A stretch of 64,000 bases of DNA from an uncultured Candidatus Peribacteria bacterium (GCA_964538865.1 CAZIHU010000002.1:30163-94162), one strand, 5' to 3'. Shown: positions 17,368 to 27,230, counted from the stretch's first letter. Program-made: numbers and translations. The notes: generated by a model not told the origin, from the sequence alone.

Positions 17368-19578
17368 TTACAGTCTGACTAACGGAGCTATAGAGATCGC
17401 TAATTTTTTAACACCTACAGCAGAATCCTGAAACGCCACCTCGACAACACCCCCCGCAATCCCAATCACAACGCCCTCGCCCCACAACTTATGCTTAACG
17501 CGATCTCCAACGCCTAGCTCCAGCACTTCCTGGCTTTCATCCTCATAAGGAATAATATTATCGCCAAAATCGCTCACCAATGGCACCGCAAGGCCGCCAT
17601 GATTCCTTTCAAGAAGCCCCTCCGGCAAATCCATCAAAAACTGCGATGGAGAATTTGACTTATAATCCCCATAAAGCATCCTCTGCTCAGCATACAACAG
17701 GAATAAATCATCAATCGCCCGAGTCATCCCAACATACATCAGCCGTCGCTCCTCCTCCATTTCCTGCGGATCAAGAAGACTTCGCGAATGAGGGAAAACA
17801 CCCTCTTCAAGCCCACACAAAAACACACAAGGGAACTCAAGTCCTTTCGCCCCATGAAGAGTCATAAAAGTCACAGCATTATCACGCTCATCCAGCGTAT
17901 CAATATCCGCAATCAGCGAAACCTCCTCAAGAAAAGTCCCAAGCGAAATCCCAGGCTCAAGCCGATCATACTTACTCGCAACAGAAATCAGCTCAAGCAC
18001 ATTCTCATAACGAATTTCACCCTCCTCAGACCCATCAAGCAGCATATCTTTATACCCACTCCTCATAAGAATAACCTTGATCACAGCACTCGCCGTACCG
18101 ATCTGATTTTCATGCTGACCCTCCTTAATAATCTTCACAAATTTTGCCAAAGCACTGCGCTTACTTTCAGACAATTCCTCAACCTCATCAATCCTCTCAA
18201 GCACTCCCCAAAAACTAGCCTGCCATCTCGCCGCAACCTCCTGACAAACCTCCACCGTCCTCGCCCCAATCTTCCTCGTCGGCACATTCAGAATTCGCAA
18301 TAACGAAACAGTATCGTGCGGATTATGAATCACTCGCAAATAAGCAATCAGATCCTTGATCTCCTTCCTTTGATAAAATTTCACTCCTCCAATAATCCGA
18401 TAGGGGAGCCCATACCTCATAAAAACCTCCTCCAGCACCCTCGACTGAGCATTCGTCCGATACAAAACTGTAAAATCCCGATAATCCGGATGCTCATGCC
18501 CTCGAATCCGATCCTCGATCTCGCCCGCAATCAACTCAGCCTCATTCCGCTCATCGCGAGCCGTCCACAAACGAATCTTCTCCCCACCCTCACGCTCGGT
18601 CCACATTGTCTTCTCCTTTCGTTTCTTGTTTTTCACAATCACATTGTGCGCCGCATCAAGAATAACAGGTGTCGAACGATAATTTTGCTCCAGCAAAATC
18701 ACCCGCGCATCCGAATAATCTTTTTCAAAATCCAAAATATTCTGCATATTCGCCCCTCGCCAAGAATAAATCGACTGATCCGAGTCCCCAACAACACAAA
18801 CATTCCGATATTTCTCGCTCAATAATTTCACCAGAACGTACTGCGCATGATTCGTGTCCTGATACTCATCGACAAGGATATATCGGAACTTCTCCTGATA
18901 CTTGTCGAGAATTTCCGGAAATTGATTGAAAATATTGACCGTCTGCATGATCAAATCATCAAAATCCATCGCCTGATTTTGCCTAAGTCGCTTCTGATAA
19001 TGCTTATAAACCTTCGCAACCTTCTCAGTAAAATAATTATGCGCCTGGTTCTCATACTCCTCCCATCCGATAAGCTGATTTTTCGCGCCAGAAATATGAG
19101 AAAGAATCGCCTTCGGATTCAAATTTTTCGGGTCAAAAGCAAGATCCTTCATCACCTGCTTCACAAGAACTTCACTATCCGTCGCATCATAAATCGTAAA
19201 ACTGTTCTCGTACCCGAGCAGATGCCCCTCCTTCCTAAGGATTCGCACGCAAATCGAGTGGAAAGTGCCCATACTTGGCAAAGTGAACCCACGCAAACCG
19301 GCCGCATCCATTTCCGACTCCTTCATCGCTGCCGCCTCCTCGGGATGAAGCAGCTTGAAAACCCTCTTGAGCATCTCACCAGCTGCCTTATTCGTAAAAG
19401 TCACTGCAAGAATGTTCCACGGAGCGACCTTGTGATGCTTGATCAAGTAGGCAATTCGATGCGTGAGCGCGCGGGTCTTGCCCGATCCCGCCCCCGCAAT
19501 AATCAAAACAGGACCGGAAGTTGTAGTCACCGCCTCCTTCTGTTTTTCGTTTAGGTTTTTTAGGATAGGGTCATCCAT
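17368..19578 (-). CDS. pcrA: ATP-dependent DNA helicase, UvrD/PcrA family
   Basis: 736 aa; Walker A AGAGSGKT, DEYQDT, VGDSDQSIYSWRGA, TLHGAKGLEF, YVGMTRA helicase motifs; TATAAT 9 nt upstream of ATG. Confidence 0.92.
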   Translation of the reverse strand: MDDPILKNLNEKQKEAVTTTSGPVLIIAGAGSGKTRALTHRIAYLIKHHKVAPWNILAVTFTNKAAGEMLKRVFKLLHPEEAAAMKESEMDAAGLRGFTLPSMGTFHSICVRILRKEGHLLGYENSFTIYDATDSEVLVKQVMKDLAFDPKNLNPKAILSHISGAKNQLIGWEEYENQAHNYFTEKVAKVYKHYQKRLRQNQAMDFDDLIMQTVNIFNQFPEILDKYQEKFRYILVDEYQDTNHAQYVLVKLLSEKYRNVCVVGDSDQSIYSWRGANMQNILDFEKDYSDARVILLEQNYRSTPVILDAAHNVIVKNKKRKEKTMWTEREGGEKIRLWTARDERNEAELIAGEIEDRIRGHEHPDYRDFTVLYRTNAQSRVLEEVFMRYGLPYRIIGGVKFYQRKEIKDLIAYLRVIHNPHDTVSLLRILNVPTRKIGARTVEVCQEVAARWQASFWGVLERIDEVEELSESKRSALAKFVKIIKEGQHENQIGTASAVIKVILMRSGYKDMLLDGSEEGEIRYENVLELISVASKYDRLEPGISLGTFLEEVSLIADIDTLDERDNAVTFMTLHGAKGLEFPCVFLCGLEEGVFPHSRSLLDPQEMEEERRLMYVGMTRAIDDLFLLYAEQRMLYGDYKSNSPSQFLMDLPEGLLERNHGGLAVPLVSDFGDNIIPYEDESQEVLELGVGDRVKHKLWGEGVVIGIAGGVVEVAFQDSAVGVKKLAISIAPLVRL

Positions 19579-19596
19579 GGGACCGTGATTATATCG

Positions 19597-19623
19597 AAAA
19601 AAACGTCAGACTCCAATAGACGT
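19597..19623 (-). terminator. hairpin plus U7 just upstream of the pcrA promoter
   Basis: Minus strand ACGUC-UAUUGGAGUCU-GACGU followed by UUUUUUU. Confidence 0.45.
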
Positions 19624-19667
19624 TTTCGCGAACCTGTCCGCCATGGTGAAGAATCATACTAAGTACT

Positions 19668-19693
19668 AAAAAAGACGCTCCAAAAGAAGCGCC
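19668..19693 (-). terminator. intrinsic terminator after small ORF 19710..19916
   Basis: Minus strand GGCGCUUC-UUUU-GGAGCGUC (8 bp incl. two G.U) followed by UUUUUU. Confidence 0.6.
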
Positions 19694-19709
19694 TTTATTC
19701 AATATCGCT

Positions 19710-19916
19710 CTATTCTACTGTCTCAGGAAGATTTAAATCCTCGACTTGTCCTCGAGCTTCTTCTGTGACTCGTGCTGCTACAGTAGGCTCCCGAGGAGGA
19801 AGGGGAGCAGGGACAGCGCCACCTACGTAAAACCCAGCTGCTTGTTCGTCGATGCCTCTCAATCTTGGTTCCGCTGGAGGAGTAGTAGGGTCTCCTTCGT
19901 TACTTCGTGTTGTCAT
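19710..19916 (-). CDS. small Pro-rich hypothetical protein
   Basis: 68-aa ORF; shares a duplicated about 60-nt upstream region with the next ORF. Confidence 0.4.
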   Translation of the reverse strand: MTTRSNEGDPTTPPAEPRLRGIDEQAAGFYVGGAVPAPLPPREPTVAARVTEEARGQVEDLNLPETVE

Positions 19917-19977
19917 GACATTGCATGTTAGATAATAAATACAGGAAAAACTTATACCCTACCTGCCCAAGTCAGAA
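19917..19977 (-). promoter_or_regulatory. duplicated upstream region, copy A
   Basis: About 85 percent identical to 20221..20285; contains GGTAGGGTATAAG and CTAACATGCAATGTC immediately before ATG. Confidence 0.5.
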
Positions 19978-20220
19978 TTAAGCCGTCATACGCCCATTAT
20001 AAAGATCTCGCCAGTTACGCAAATCAGGCTGGATTCTATTGCAGTGAGCTGCTAAATCAGATCGAAGCTCACCCGGCCCATATGGTGAGGCAGATTCTGG
20101 TTGTACCGGGCTTGCAGGAGCTTTTTGTACAGTTGTGGAGCTGGGTAGTCCGTCGTATTGTTCGGAGCCAAACGGGCCTGGGAATTCACCCCCTAGTGTA
20201 CCGCATCTTAATTGAGTCAT
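19978..20220 (-). CDS. small Pro-rich hypothetical protein
   Basis: 80-aa ORF; TTGACA-18-TATAAG upstream. Confidence 0.4.
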   Translation of the reverse strand: MTQLRCGTLGGEFPGPFGSEQYDGLPSSTTVQKAPASPVQPESASPYGPGELRSDLAAHCNRIQPDLRNWRDLYNGRMTA

Positions 20221-20300
20221 AACATTGAATGTTAGATAAAAATAAATACAGGAAGAACTTATACCCTACCTACCCAAATCGTGTCAAACTTTTTTCATAA
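20221..20300 (-). promoter_or_regulatory. duplicated upstream region, copy B, with sigma70-like promoter
   Basis: TTGACA-18 nt-TATAAG, then palindrome AACATTCAATGTT abutting the ATG. Confidence 0.5.
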
Positions 20301-20373
20301 AAACCCCGAATGCCAACTTCGACTGCTGTCTGCTCCTTGCTGTCTGCTCTCTAACATGGTATAATTAACAGAT

Positions 20374-20583
20374 ATGACTGAATCCAAAATTGAACAACTT
20401 GTTAAGAATGCAGCCTTCTTACCACCCAAACAGAAGGAGGTGCTGCTGCGCCTAACCAAAGATTTGCCCCAAGAGAAACTAAAAAAAATCGAAGAATTTC
20501 TCAAAAACGCAAGAAAAGATCTAACAGACATGGTTCACACTCAAAACACAAAACGACAAAAATTAATCTCAAAACATGGTTAA
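20374..20583 (+). CDS. hypothetical small protein
   Basis: 69 aa; TTGCTG-17-TATAAT with only 8 nt between -10 box and ATG (leaderless-type arrangement). Confidence 0.5.
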   Translation: MTESKIEQLVKNAAFLPPKQKEVLLRLTKDLPQEKLKKIEEFLKNARKDLTDMVHTQNTKRQKLISKHG

Positions 20584-21697
20584 TGAAAGATTTGGAAAAA
20601 TGGGATACGGGGATGACGCTCGAGAAGAGCTACAAAAACTGCATAACACGATAATAGACAATACGGACTTAGAAGAGGATGAAAAAGGGAAGCTCATAGG
20701 AAAAACTGACGAAATAATAGGAGAGCAGAGAGAAGCAAGTGCACGGGAACTAGAAGAATTCGAAGCAACAGATAAAATGCTTTTTCGAGATAAATTTGCC
20801 GAAGAACAACGCCAACTAAGAGAGCTGATAATAAGCCTGGCAGAAGGCATAGATGCCCAGCTAGAAGTCGCAGGGAGCTTTGGTGTCATAACGGATGGAG
20901 AATTCGAGGAGTTATATGCAAATGTAGACGCATTAGTGCCTCTAAACAAAGATCTTGGCGAATATAAATATGAAAGAGATAGTGCGGAAGACTGGAGAAG
21001 AAGAAGAGTTCAAGAAGGTCGCGACCCAAGGGAGATGCGAGAAATCGCTGAAGAAAGAGCTCAAGGGCTAGACTTAGTCGCACATGAGCCATCAGCCTGG
21101 GAATCAGCAAAAGAACAAGGGGAATCATTAATAAACGCGTTTATTAAAGAGCCTGGATCTGACGGGATGGCCAATGTAATGGTCTCAGCGATACTTGGAG
21201 AAGTAAATAGAGAAGTCGCTAGGGAACAATATTCTCAACTTGGGTTCACAGGGGAAGATTTGGAAATAGCTATAGATCTCGCGCAAGAGCCATTCGACGT
21301 CATCTTAAAAAAGAATTTTCTAAGCTTGGTTTCATTTATTGCATTTGGGGTGATAAAGGTAGTAACAATGGGAAGAAGCTCAATAGGGAAAAGCACATTG
21401 CCTAGAATATTACAAAGCTTGTTGCCAGAAAGAGTAATGGCAGCAATTGGAGCTGAGGTCGGAGAAGATGTTTTCGAAGAACACGTCCTCAACGCAATAG
21501 AAGACAGAATTGCTGATAGCATCGATAGGGAAAGATATGGGAACGATCCAATGTACTTATGGTTGCGAGCAGAAAGAGTTAGACGGGCAGAAGGAGGGAA
21601 TGCTGCTGAAGAAGACAGGGCACGTTATGTGGAGAGCTTAGAAGAAAATGATCCCTCGGAGCCACCTGAGGAAGAAGAAAAACGAGGGATAGTATAA
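20576..21697 (+). CDS. hypothetical acidic protein with one hydrophobic segment
   Basis: 373-aa ORF overlapping previous gene by 8 nt; Glu/Asp/Arg-rich, no recognised domain. Confidence 0.55.
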   Translation: MVNERFGKMGYGDDAREELQKLHNTIIDNTDLEEDEKGKLIGKTDEIIGEQREASARELEEFEATDKMLFRDKFAEEQRQLRELIISLAEGIDAQLEVAGSFGVITDGEFEELYANVDALVPLNKDLGEYKYERDSAEDWRRRRVQEGRDPREMREIAEERAQGLDLVAHEPSAWESAKEQGESLINAFIKEPGSDGMANVMVSAILGEVNREVAREQYSQLGFTGEDLEIAIDLAQEPFDVILKKNFLSLVSFIAFGVIKVVTMGRSSIGKSTLPRILQSLLPERVMAAIGAEVGEDVFEEHVLNAIEDRIADSIDRERYGNDPMYLWLRAERVRRAEGGNAAEEDRARYVESLEENDPSEPPEEEEKRGIV

Positions 21698-22174
21698 AAT
21701 CCACCAATATCGACACGCTTAAATGCCCCCAGCTTATTTTCACAATGCAAAAACGCAGCTTCTAGCAGTAAGATTCGCACCAAGAAGCACAGTAGGCCAA
21801 GAATTAACGGACATATTAGGTTCGCCATTCGGAGAAGCGGTCAGGGAAGGTGGGGAAGAGGTTGTAGATGAAATGCTGGAAAAGCTTGCAATGAGGACTG
21901 GAGTTGGGTTGGCGGCGTAGGGGGGGGAGGTGACGAGACGCAGAACGCATTTTTGGCATGCATCAACGTGTGAGGGCGAGATGGTCGCGACGTAGTTGCG
22001 ATGACACATTTTTGAGTGCGTCAACGCGTGGAAATAGTTCGCAAACGACCGTTCTGTGCGAAGTGAAATCTATTCCACACTGGCCTTGCGAATTGTCCAG
22101 TCGAAATAGCGTATTTAACCTGTTAATCGGGCCCTATTTATGGTATATAATTAGTACTTTAACATCAAAAATAA

Positions 22175-23029
22175 ATGACAGACAAAGAACTATACAAATT
22201 ATGCTGCGAATGTGGCGCGAAAGCTCGGAAATGGACAAAGAAATTCGCCGAATTGTTACCGAAAGTTTATAAGAGAAAGTTGTGGAAAAAACATGGCTTC
22301 TACTCAGTCGAACATTTTGCAGCAGAGCTTGCTGGGATGAATCATGAAACAACCAAGAAGATTCTAGGATTACATAGGAGGCTTGAGGACAAACCTAAAC
22401 TCAAAGCAGAAATTGTCAATGAAGGATGGGCAAAAGTAAGAGTTGCAGCAGCAATCCCTGTTTCAGAAGAGAAACAAGTGCAGTTAGTTAAATCATTATC
22501 AAAAAGAGCGCTACAGCAGTATGCAAAAACAGCCAAGCAAGAGGGAGCCGGCTCCCTCTCTGAACCTGTAAGATTGAGTTTTACAGTCAAGCCGGAAGTC
22601 GAGCTCAGGCTAAGAAAATTCCGCCAAAAGCTAGAAAAAGAGCGGAAAGAAGCGATCGGTCTGGGAGAAGCACTCGAAGAACTTCTCAAACTTACAGAAG
22701 AACCCGAAAAGAAGACTCAAAAATCAAAGGGAACAACCGGTCGCAACCCTTCAGCCCAGAAGAAGCGAGAAACCAACAACAACGGCCAATGCTCGTTCCC
22801 AGGTTGCAACAAGCCACACACCTGTTACCACCATCCAGATAGATATGCTGCCACGCAAAACCATGACCGAATAGTTGCTCTCTGCCATGAGCACCATCAG
22901 CTTGCTCACGCCGGCTATATCGAGAACGAACACGATCCACCTGAGAAATGGCGTCTTCGCGAAACACCCAAGCTCAATGCGATCGATCTCAAATACCAAG
23001 AGCACATGAAGCGGGCTCAGGCGCCGTGA
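22175..23029 (+). CDS. HNH endonuclease domain protein
   Basis: 284 aa; C-terminal CSFPGCNKPHTCYHHPDRYAATQNHDRIVALCHEHHQLAH (Cys/His HNH core); TTAATC-17-TATAAT then TTTAAC upstream. Confidence 0.75.
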   Translation: MTDKELYKLCCECGAKARKWTKKFAELLPKVYKRKLWKKHGFYSVEHFAAELAGMNHETTKKILGLHRRLEDKPKLKAEIVNEGWAKVRVAAAIPVSEEKQVQLVKSLSKRALQQYAKTAKQEGAGSLSEPVRLSFTVKPEVELRLRKFRQKLEKERKEAIGLGEALEELLKLTEEPEKKTQKSKGTTGRNPSAQKKRETNNNGQCSFPGCNKPHTCYHHPDRYAATQNHDRIVALCHEHHQLAHAGYIENEHDPPEKWRLRETPKLNAIDLKYQEHMKRAQAP

Positions 23030-23066
23030 ATCGCGGCAGCATGCTTCATGTCATAGCCAACATCAA

Positions 23067-25148
23067 GTGAGCACAATCACCATAATTCGCAACATACAAA
23101 CATCGCATGCGCTTTACCATTTTCATCCAAACTATGGTAAATTGAACCCCGAAATGATGCTCAAAAAAACACAAAAGGAACCTCTGGAAGATGCAGTTTC
23201 AGGACGAAATTTACTCCAATTTGCGCGAAGAGCGTATCAGGTAACGATACGTCGACGAGTGATGAGCCTCCTGCAGTCAAATTGGATAAATTGCAGTCGA
23301 AAATGTATTTTCCAGAGGTTCCAGCAATACATATTCCTAGCGACCATCCTCCTGATCCCATTGGTGTTCAACCCATGGGGATTCGACATGTACGAAATCC
23401 CAAAAAACACGCTCCTAAAAATCGGCATACTCGCGACAATAATCGCAACCCTCATCGCAGGATGGAAAAACAAAAAGAAAACTTTCCATATCACCAAAGA
23501 ACAGATTTACGCAATCGCACTCTTCCTCTTAATCCTGGGGCTTTCATTAATAATCTCACTAAGACCAGAAATCAGTTTCTGGGGCTCTTATTTCAGACAA
23601 GGCGGAGTAGTAAACATGTTGTTCTACATCGCACTATTTCTTTTGGCGGTAAATATTTTTAAAGAAAAAAAGAACAGACAAACATTCCTGAAATCACTAT
23701 CAATAGTCGGGTTAATAATCAGCGTATATGCGATTTTACAAAAACTCGGAATAGACATTTTTTCAGCAGAGACAACAGCAATTTTCGACGGCAGAAGCTT
23801 CTCAACTTTAGGCAATCCAACATCGTTAGGAGCATTCTTGCTCTTCCCAATATGGGGCGAGATCTATTTACTTTTCAAGAACAAAAACAAGAAAAAAAGC
23901 ATACCAGCATTGATCGTCATGATCGCAGCACTGATATGTACAAGGAACAGGGCAAGTATGGTAGCTCTAATCGCAACCGGATTCTTAGCCTTAGTACGCA
24001 GATTCAAGAAAAACAAAAAAGTCATCGCAGGGATAATCGCCGGAGTAATAATCGCAGGCATCGTCTTCACGGGCATATATGCTCAAGATATCAGGTCCCT
24101 TGGATCGCGAGGAGAAATTTGGGGGAGTAGCTTAGAAATCATCCGAGACAATCCAATTCATGGGTACGGGATGGAATCGTTCTCATTTATGTTTGAAAAA
24201 TACGTTGATGCGGATTTTTTCCAGTATGAGGATTATGAAAACCTTGTAGACAGACCTCATAACGAACCCCTTGAGATATGGATACATCTAGGACTGCTGG
24301 GATTCATCTTTTATTTGGGGCTGGTGATTTTTTGCTTAAAAACTTACTGGGCAAAAGGGCACTTCGCAGCTCTCGCGATACTCTCGTTATTTATAACCAA
24401 TTTATTCAGCTTCTCACTGGTTACGCATTATGCGTTCTTGGTGATGTTTTTGGCGCTGATCGTGGATAACAAGAAAAAAATAACGATCAAAAACAACGAC
24501 CTCACCAAAGCAAGTGCGGTTGTGCTAATTATCCTCATGCTGGGAGGCATCATGCTGCACGGACGCATATTTTTGGGTGACTTGGCTCTCAAGCAAGCTT
24601 TTACACAAATCTCAACACAGCATTTAGAAGAAGCAATAGACAAAGCACCTTACTACTTAGAAGTTTATGAAGAAGCCTACGCAATATACTATCCATTAGC
24701 GGTGTACGTCGGGGATGAATATTTGGAAAAAGCAATATCGGTGAATGAAAAAGCACTCGAAATGAGTGCAAACAGCTTAAAATCACTGCTAAACAGGGCA
24801 AGGCTAGAAATCTTCCTTGGGGATTATGAATCCGCAGAAGACACCTATCTATCCATCAACGAAAACATAGCTCCTCACCCACTAACATACGAGCATTGGG
24901 GGAACATGTATTTCGATTGGGGTTTATATGAACATGCAGAGCTTATATACGATGAATTACTCGCGCTAATGCCAAATAGCTGGGAAATTTCCCAGGAAGG
25001 CACTGAAGAACATAGAATATTCTGGAAAGATCACGCGGATTTCGCAGAGACACTAGCAGAAATAATGATAACCTACGAAATCGTAGGCAGGACGGACGAG
25101 GCTGAATATCTTCTCGAAATAATACAAAAAGCGACTCTCTCCGAATAG
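23067..25148 (+). CDS. O-antigen ligase (Wzy_C)-like polytopic membrane protein with C-terminal TPR-like repeats
   Basis: 693-aa ORF (GTG start doubtful; ATG at 23154 MMLKK is an alternative); about 10 TM segments, motif HNEPLEIWIHLGLLG typical of O-antigen ligase family, helical repeat tail. Confidence 0.7.
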   Translation: MSTITIIRNIQTSHALYHFHPNYGKLNPEMMLKKTQKEPLEDAVSGRNLLQFARRAYQVTIRRRVMSLLQSNWINCSRKCIFQRFQQYIFLATILLIPLVFNPWGFDMYEIPKNTLLKIGILATIIATLIAGWKNKKKTFHITKEQIYAIALFLLILGLSLIISLRPEISFWGSYFRQGGVVNMLFYIALFLLAVNIFKEKKNRQTFLKSLSIVGLIISVYAILQKLGIDIFSAETTAIFDGRSFSTLGNPTSLGAFLLFPIWGEIYLLFKNKNKKKSIPALIVMIAALICTRNRASMVALIATGFLALVRRFKKNKKVIAGIIAGVIIAGIVFTGIYAQDIRSLGSRGEIWGSSLEIIRDNPIHGYGMESFSFMFEKYVDADFFQYEDYENLVDRPHNEPLEIWIHLGLLGFIFYLGLVIFCLKTYWAKGHFAALAILSLFITNLFSFSLVTHYAFLVMFLALIVDNKKKITIKNNDLTKASAVVLIILMLGGIMLHGRIFLGDLALKQAFTQISTQHLEEAIDKAPYYLEVYEEAYAIYYPLAVYVGDEYLEKAISVNEKALEMSANSLKSLLNRARLEIFLGDYESAEDTYLSINENIAPHPLTYEHWGNMYFDWGLYEHAELIYDELLALMPNSWEISQEGTEEHRIFWKDHADFAETLAEIMITYEIVGRTDEAEYLLEIIQKATLSE

Positions 25149-25174
25149 GAGAAAGCCGCCCTTAAAATATCATT

Positions 25175-25705
25175 CTAATTTACTTCGTCATAAATCTCAT
25201 ACAAGAGATTCGCAAGACCTTCTAGAGTCCAGCTAGAATAGCCGACTTCGTCATGAAGATCTTCGATATAATCTACAACAATACCTCGGTTATATGCGCT
25301 CTGAACAGATTGATTAATGCCAATTGCGTCTAGCGTCCAAGTCGAGTAGCCAACCTCATCGTGGAGATCGTCAATTTCATTGGTAAGCCAAAGTCCAACA
25401 TAAGCCGCCATATCATATTGACGTATTGCCATCTCCTCCAAAGTCCAAGTTGAGTGGCCAACTTCATCGTGAAGTTCCGCAATCATGTCCTCAAGATCAC
25501 AGTTGGTGGTCTCGCAATCGCCAAAAAAATCCGGCAAAGCAGATTCAAGCTCTCCCAACTGTTCCTTTTCCAGGTCGGTCAGCAATTTCCCTTGCCAAGC
25601 GACGCCACTTGCGCCTGTGATGGCAAGCGTAAGAACCGCACCTAAAACGAATGCACCGAGCAGTTTCAGATGGTTCTTCTTTTTTGCTTCATGTAATCCA
25701 AGCAT
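25175..25705 (-). CDS. membrane-anchored protein with three HDEVG[HY]S[TS]WTL[ED] repeats
   Basis: 176 aa; N-terminal TM helix; repeat AELHDEVGHSTWTLEE / DDLHDEVGYSTWTLDA / EDLHDEVGYSSWTLEG. Confidence 0.55.
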   Translation of the reverse strand: MLGLHEAKKKNHLKLLGAFVLGAVLTLAITGASGVAWQGKLLTDLEKEQLGELESALPDFFGDCETTNCDLEDMIAELHDEVGHSTWTLEEMAIRQYDMAAYVGLWLTNEIDDLHDEVGYSTWTLDAIGINQSVQSAYNRGIVVDYIEDLHDEVGYSSWTLEGLANLLYEIYDEVN

Positions 25706-25723
25706 TTTTGTATGGGTTAAATT

Positions 25724-26896
25724 TTAATTTTCAATTACTAATGACATCCCAACCTCCCCAAAAGCATACACTATTTCAGAATCATCAGGCAGCTGCCTGA
25801 TACAACCGTGACTAACGGGTATCCCAATATGATCCAAAGCCTCGTACCAGAAAGCACCGCCATCAGTCGCAAGATAAGGCAAAGCATGCAAACCGTGCCC
25901 CCACTTGGTGAACCCCATCCAGTTCGGCATATGATAATGCGGCCAATCTCCTCCCACACGAAGTTCTTGTTTATTCAAAATAGAATAAGTCCCAGTTGGC
26001 GTAGGAGTATCATAAGCACCGGTACTAACAGGTAACTCATAAATCGCTACCTCGCCAACAAAAAGCGTCATTTGCTGATCGGAAAGATCCACATGAATCC
26101 ATTTTTCCAACCCATCGAACTCAGTACTATCGGTAGTAAATGAAATAACATCCATAATTCCCGCATCAATCCCATCAGTAAAACCAACCTTTATATCAAC
26201 AGCAGCCACAGCTTCATCAATCCACCTCACACCCTCAGCAACAGGAGCAAAGAACTCTTTATACCAGACATCGCCCCAAGGAGCTTTACTCGTAAACGTA
26301 AAAGTCGCAGTCTCCTCCGGATAAACAAAATTTTCAGCCATCTCAATTCGACTGTCATTTAACCATCCACTCACAGCAGTCATTTCGCCTCCAAAAACAC
26401 TCGACCTCCCATAATCAGCAGCAGTCGCAAGATTTACCTCAACCTGATTTTCACAATAATTATTCTTAAACCACGGCGCCGTCCCCGTATTCAAAACAGT
26501 AACCGTAACCGCGAACTCTTCTCCCGGTCCAATAGCCTCATCAGATATAACCACATCAACAAGCTCACCTTCATAAACCGCATCACTCGGAGCTACATAA
26601 AGACACTCAGCCATCATGCCGGTCTTTTCCTCCACAAAAATCACCTCATCCTCATCTTCCGCACTATCATGCAATTCATCATCTTCCCTAACCAGATAAA
26701 TCCGTCTCCCATACATAGCCGTCGTCTCCTGCTTATGCAAAGTATTCGCAAAAACATGCTTCGAAAACCTCTGCGCAACAAACTCAGGCGTCTGGTCCTC
26801 GTAATTCGCTTGCGTAAAGATCATCGACATTGCAAACAAAGAAAATGCAAGCAGGACGGATGCAAAGAGATGCTTCTTAGGTTTAACAGGATGCAT
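25724..26896 (-). CDS. L,D-transpeptidase (YkuD domain) with N-terminal extension
   Basis: 390 aa; signal/TM at N-terminus; C-terminal catalytic region ...HGLHALPY...GIPVSHGCIRQ. Confidence 0.8.
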   Translation of the reverse strand: MHPVKPKKHLFASVLLAFSLFAMSMIFTQANYEDQTPEFVAQRFSKHVFANTLHKQETTAMYGRRIYLVREDDELHDSAEDEDEVIFVEEKTGMMAECLYVAPSDAVYEGELVDVVISDEAIGPGEEFAVTVTVLNTGTAPWFKNNYCENQVEVNLATAADYGRSSVFGGEMTAVSGWLNDSRIEMAENFVYPEETATFTFTSKAPWGDVWYKEFFAPVAEGVRWIDEAVAAVDIKVGFTDGIDAGIMDVISFTTDSTEFDGLEKWIHVDLSDQQMTLFVGEVAIYELPVSTGAYDTPTPTGTYSILNKQELRVGGDWPHYHMPNWMGFTKWGHGLHALPYLATDGGAFWYEALDHIGIPVSHGCIRQLPDDSEIVYAFGEVGMSLVIEN

Positions 26897-27075
26897 TTTT
26901 TGTATTTGTTTTAAATATTATTATGTAATTATAGAACAAAACAGAAGAAAAATCAACCCCTAAGTTGGGCTTGACGCACATAGTCGTTGAAGCGTAACTG
27001 CGGTTCTAGGGTTGACGCAAGATAACCAAGATATGTAAAGTACGCACAGTGTTGGTTTAAAACAGAGACACCCAA

Positions 27076-27160
27076 GACGCCGAAACGAAGTGCAGGCGTC
27101 AAGTACTATTAACCCGTTTCACCCATCCGGGTATAAACGCGATAGCGAAACACCACACCC
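27076..27160. repeat. dispersed hairpin module (variant copy) in the leader of the Tyr-rich gene
   Basis: GACGCC-N13-GGCGTC then AGTACTATTAACCCGTTTC...GCGAAACACCACACCC, related to 40521..40625 and 57848..57948. Confidence 0.55.
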
Positions 27161-27230
27161 AGCATGGCCAAAAACCAGAAGTAATAGTCAGCTTTAAACA
27201 TAAAAAATAAAAACATCTAACCACCACAAA

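Noticed and set aside
21723-21920. 65-aa ORF after the 373-aa acidic protein, possibly a frameshifted C-terminal extension
   Set aside because: It is in a different frame with no slippery site recognised, no start-context box and no homology. It was left unannotated; it could be real but I cannot support it.
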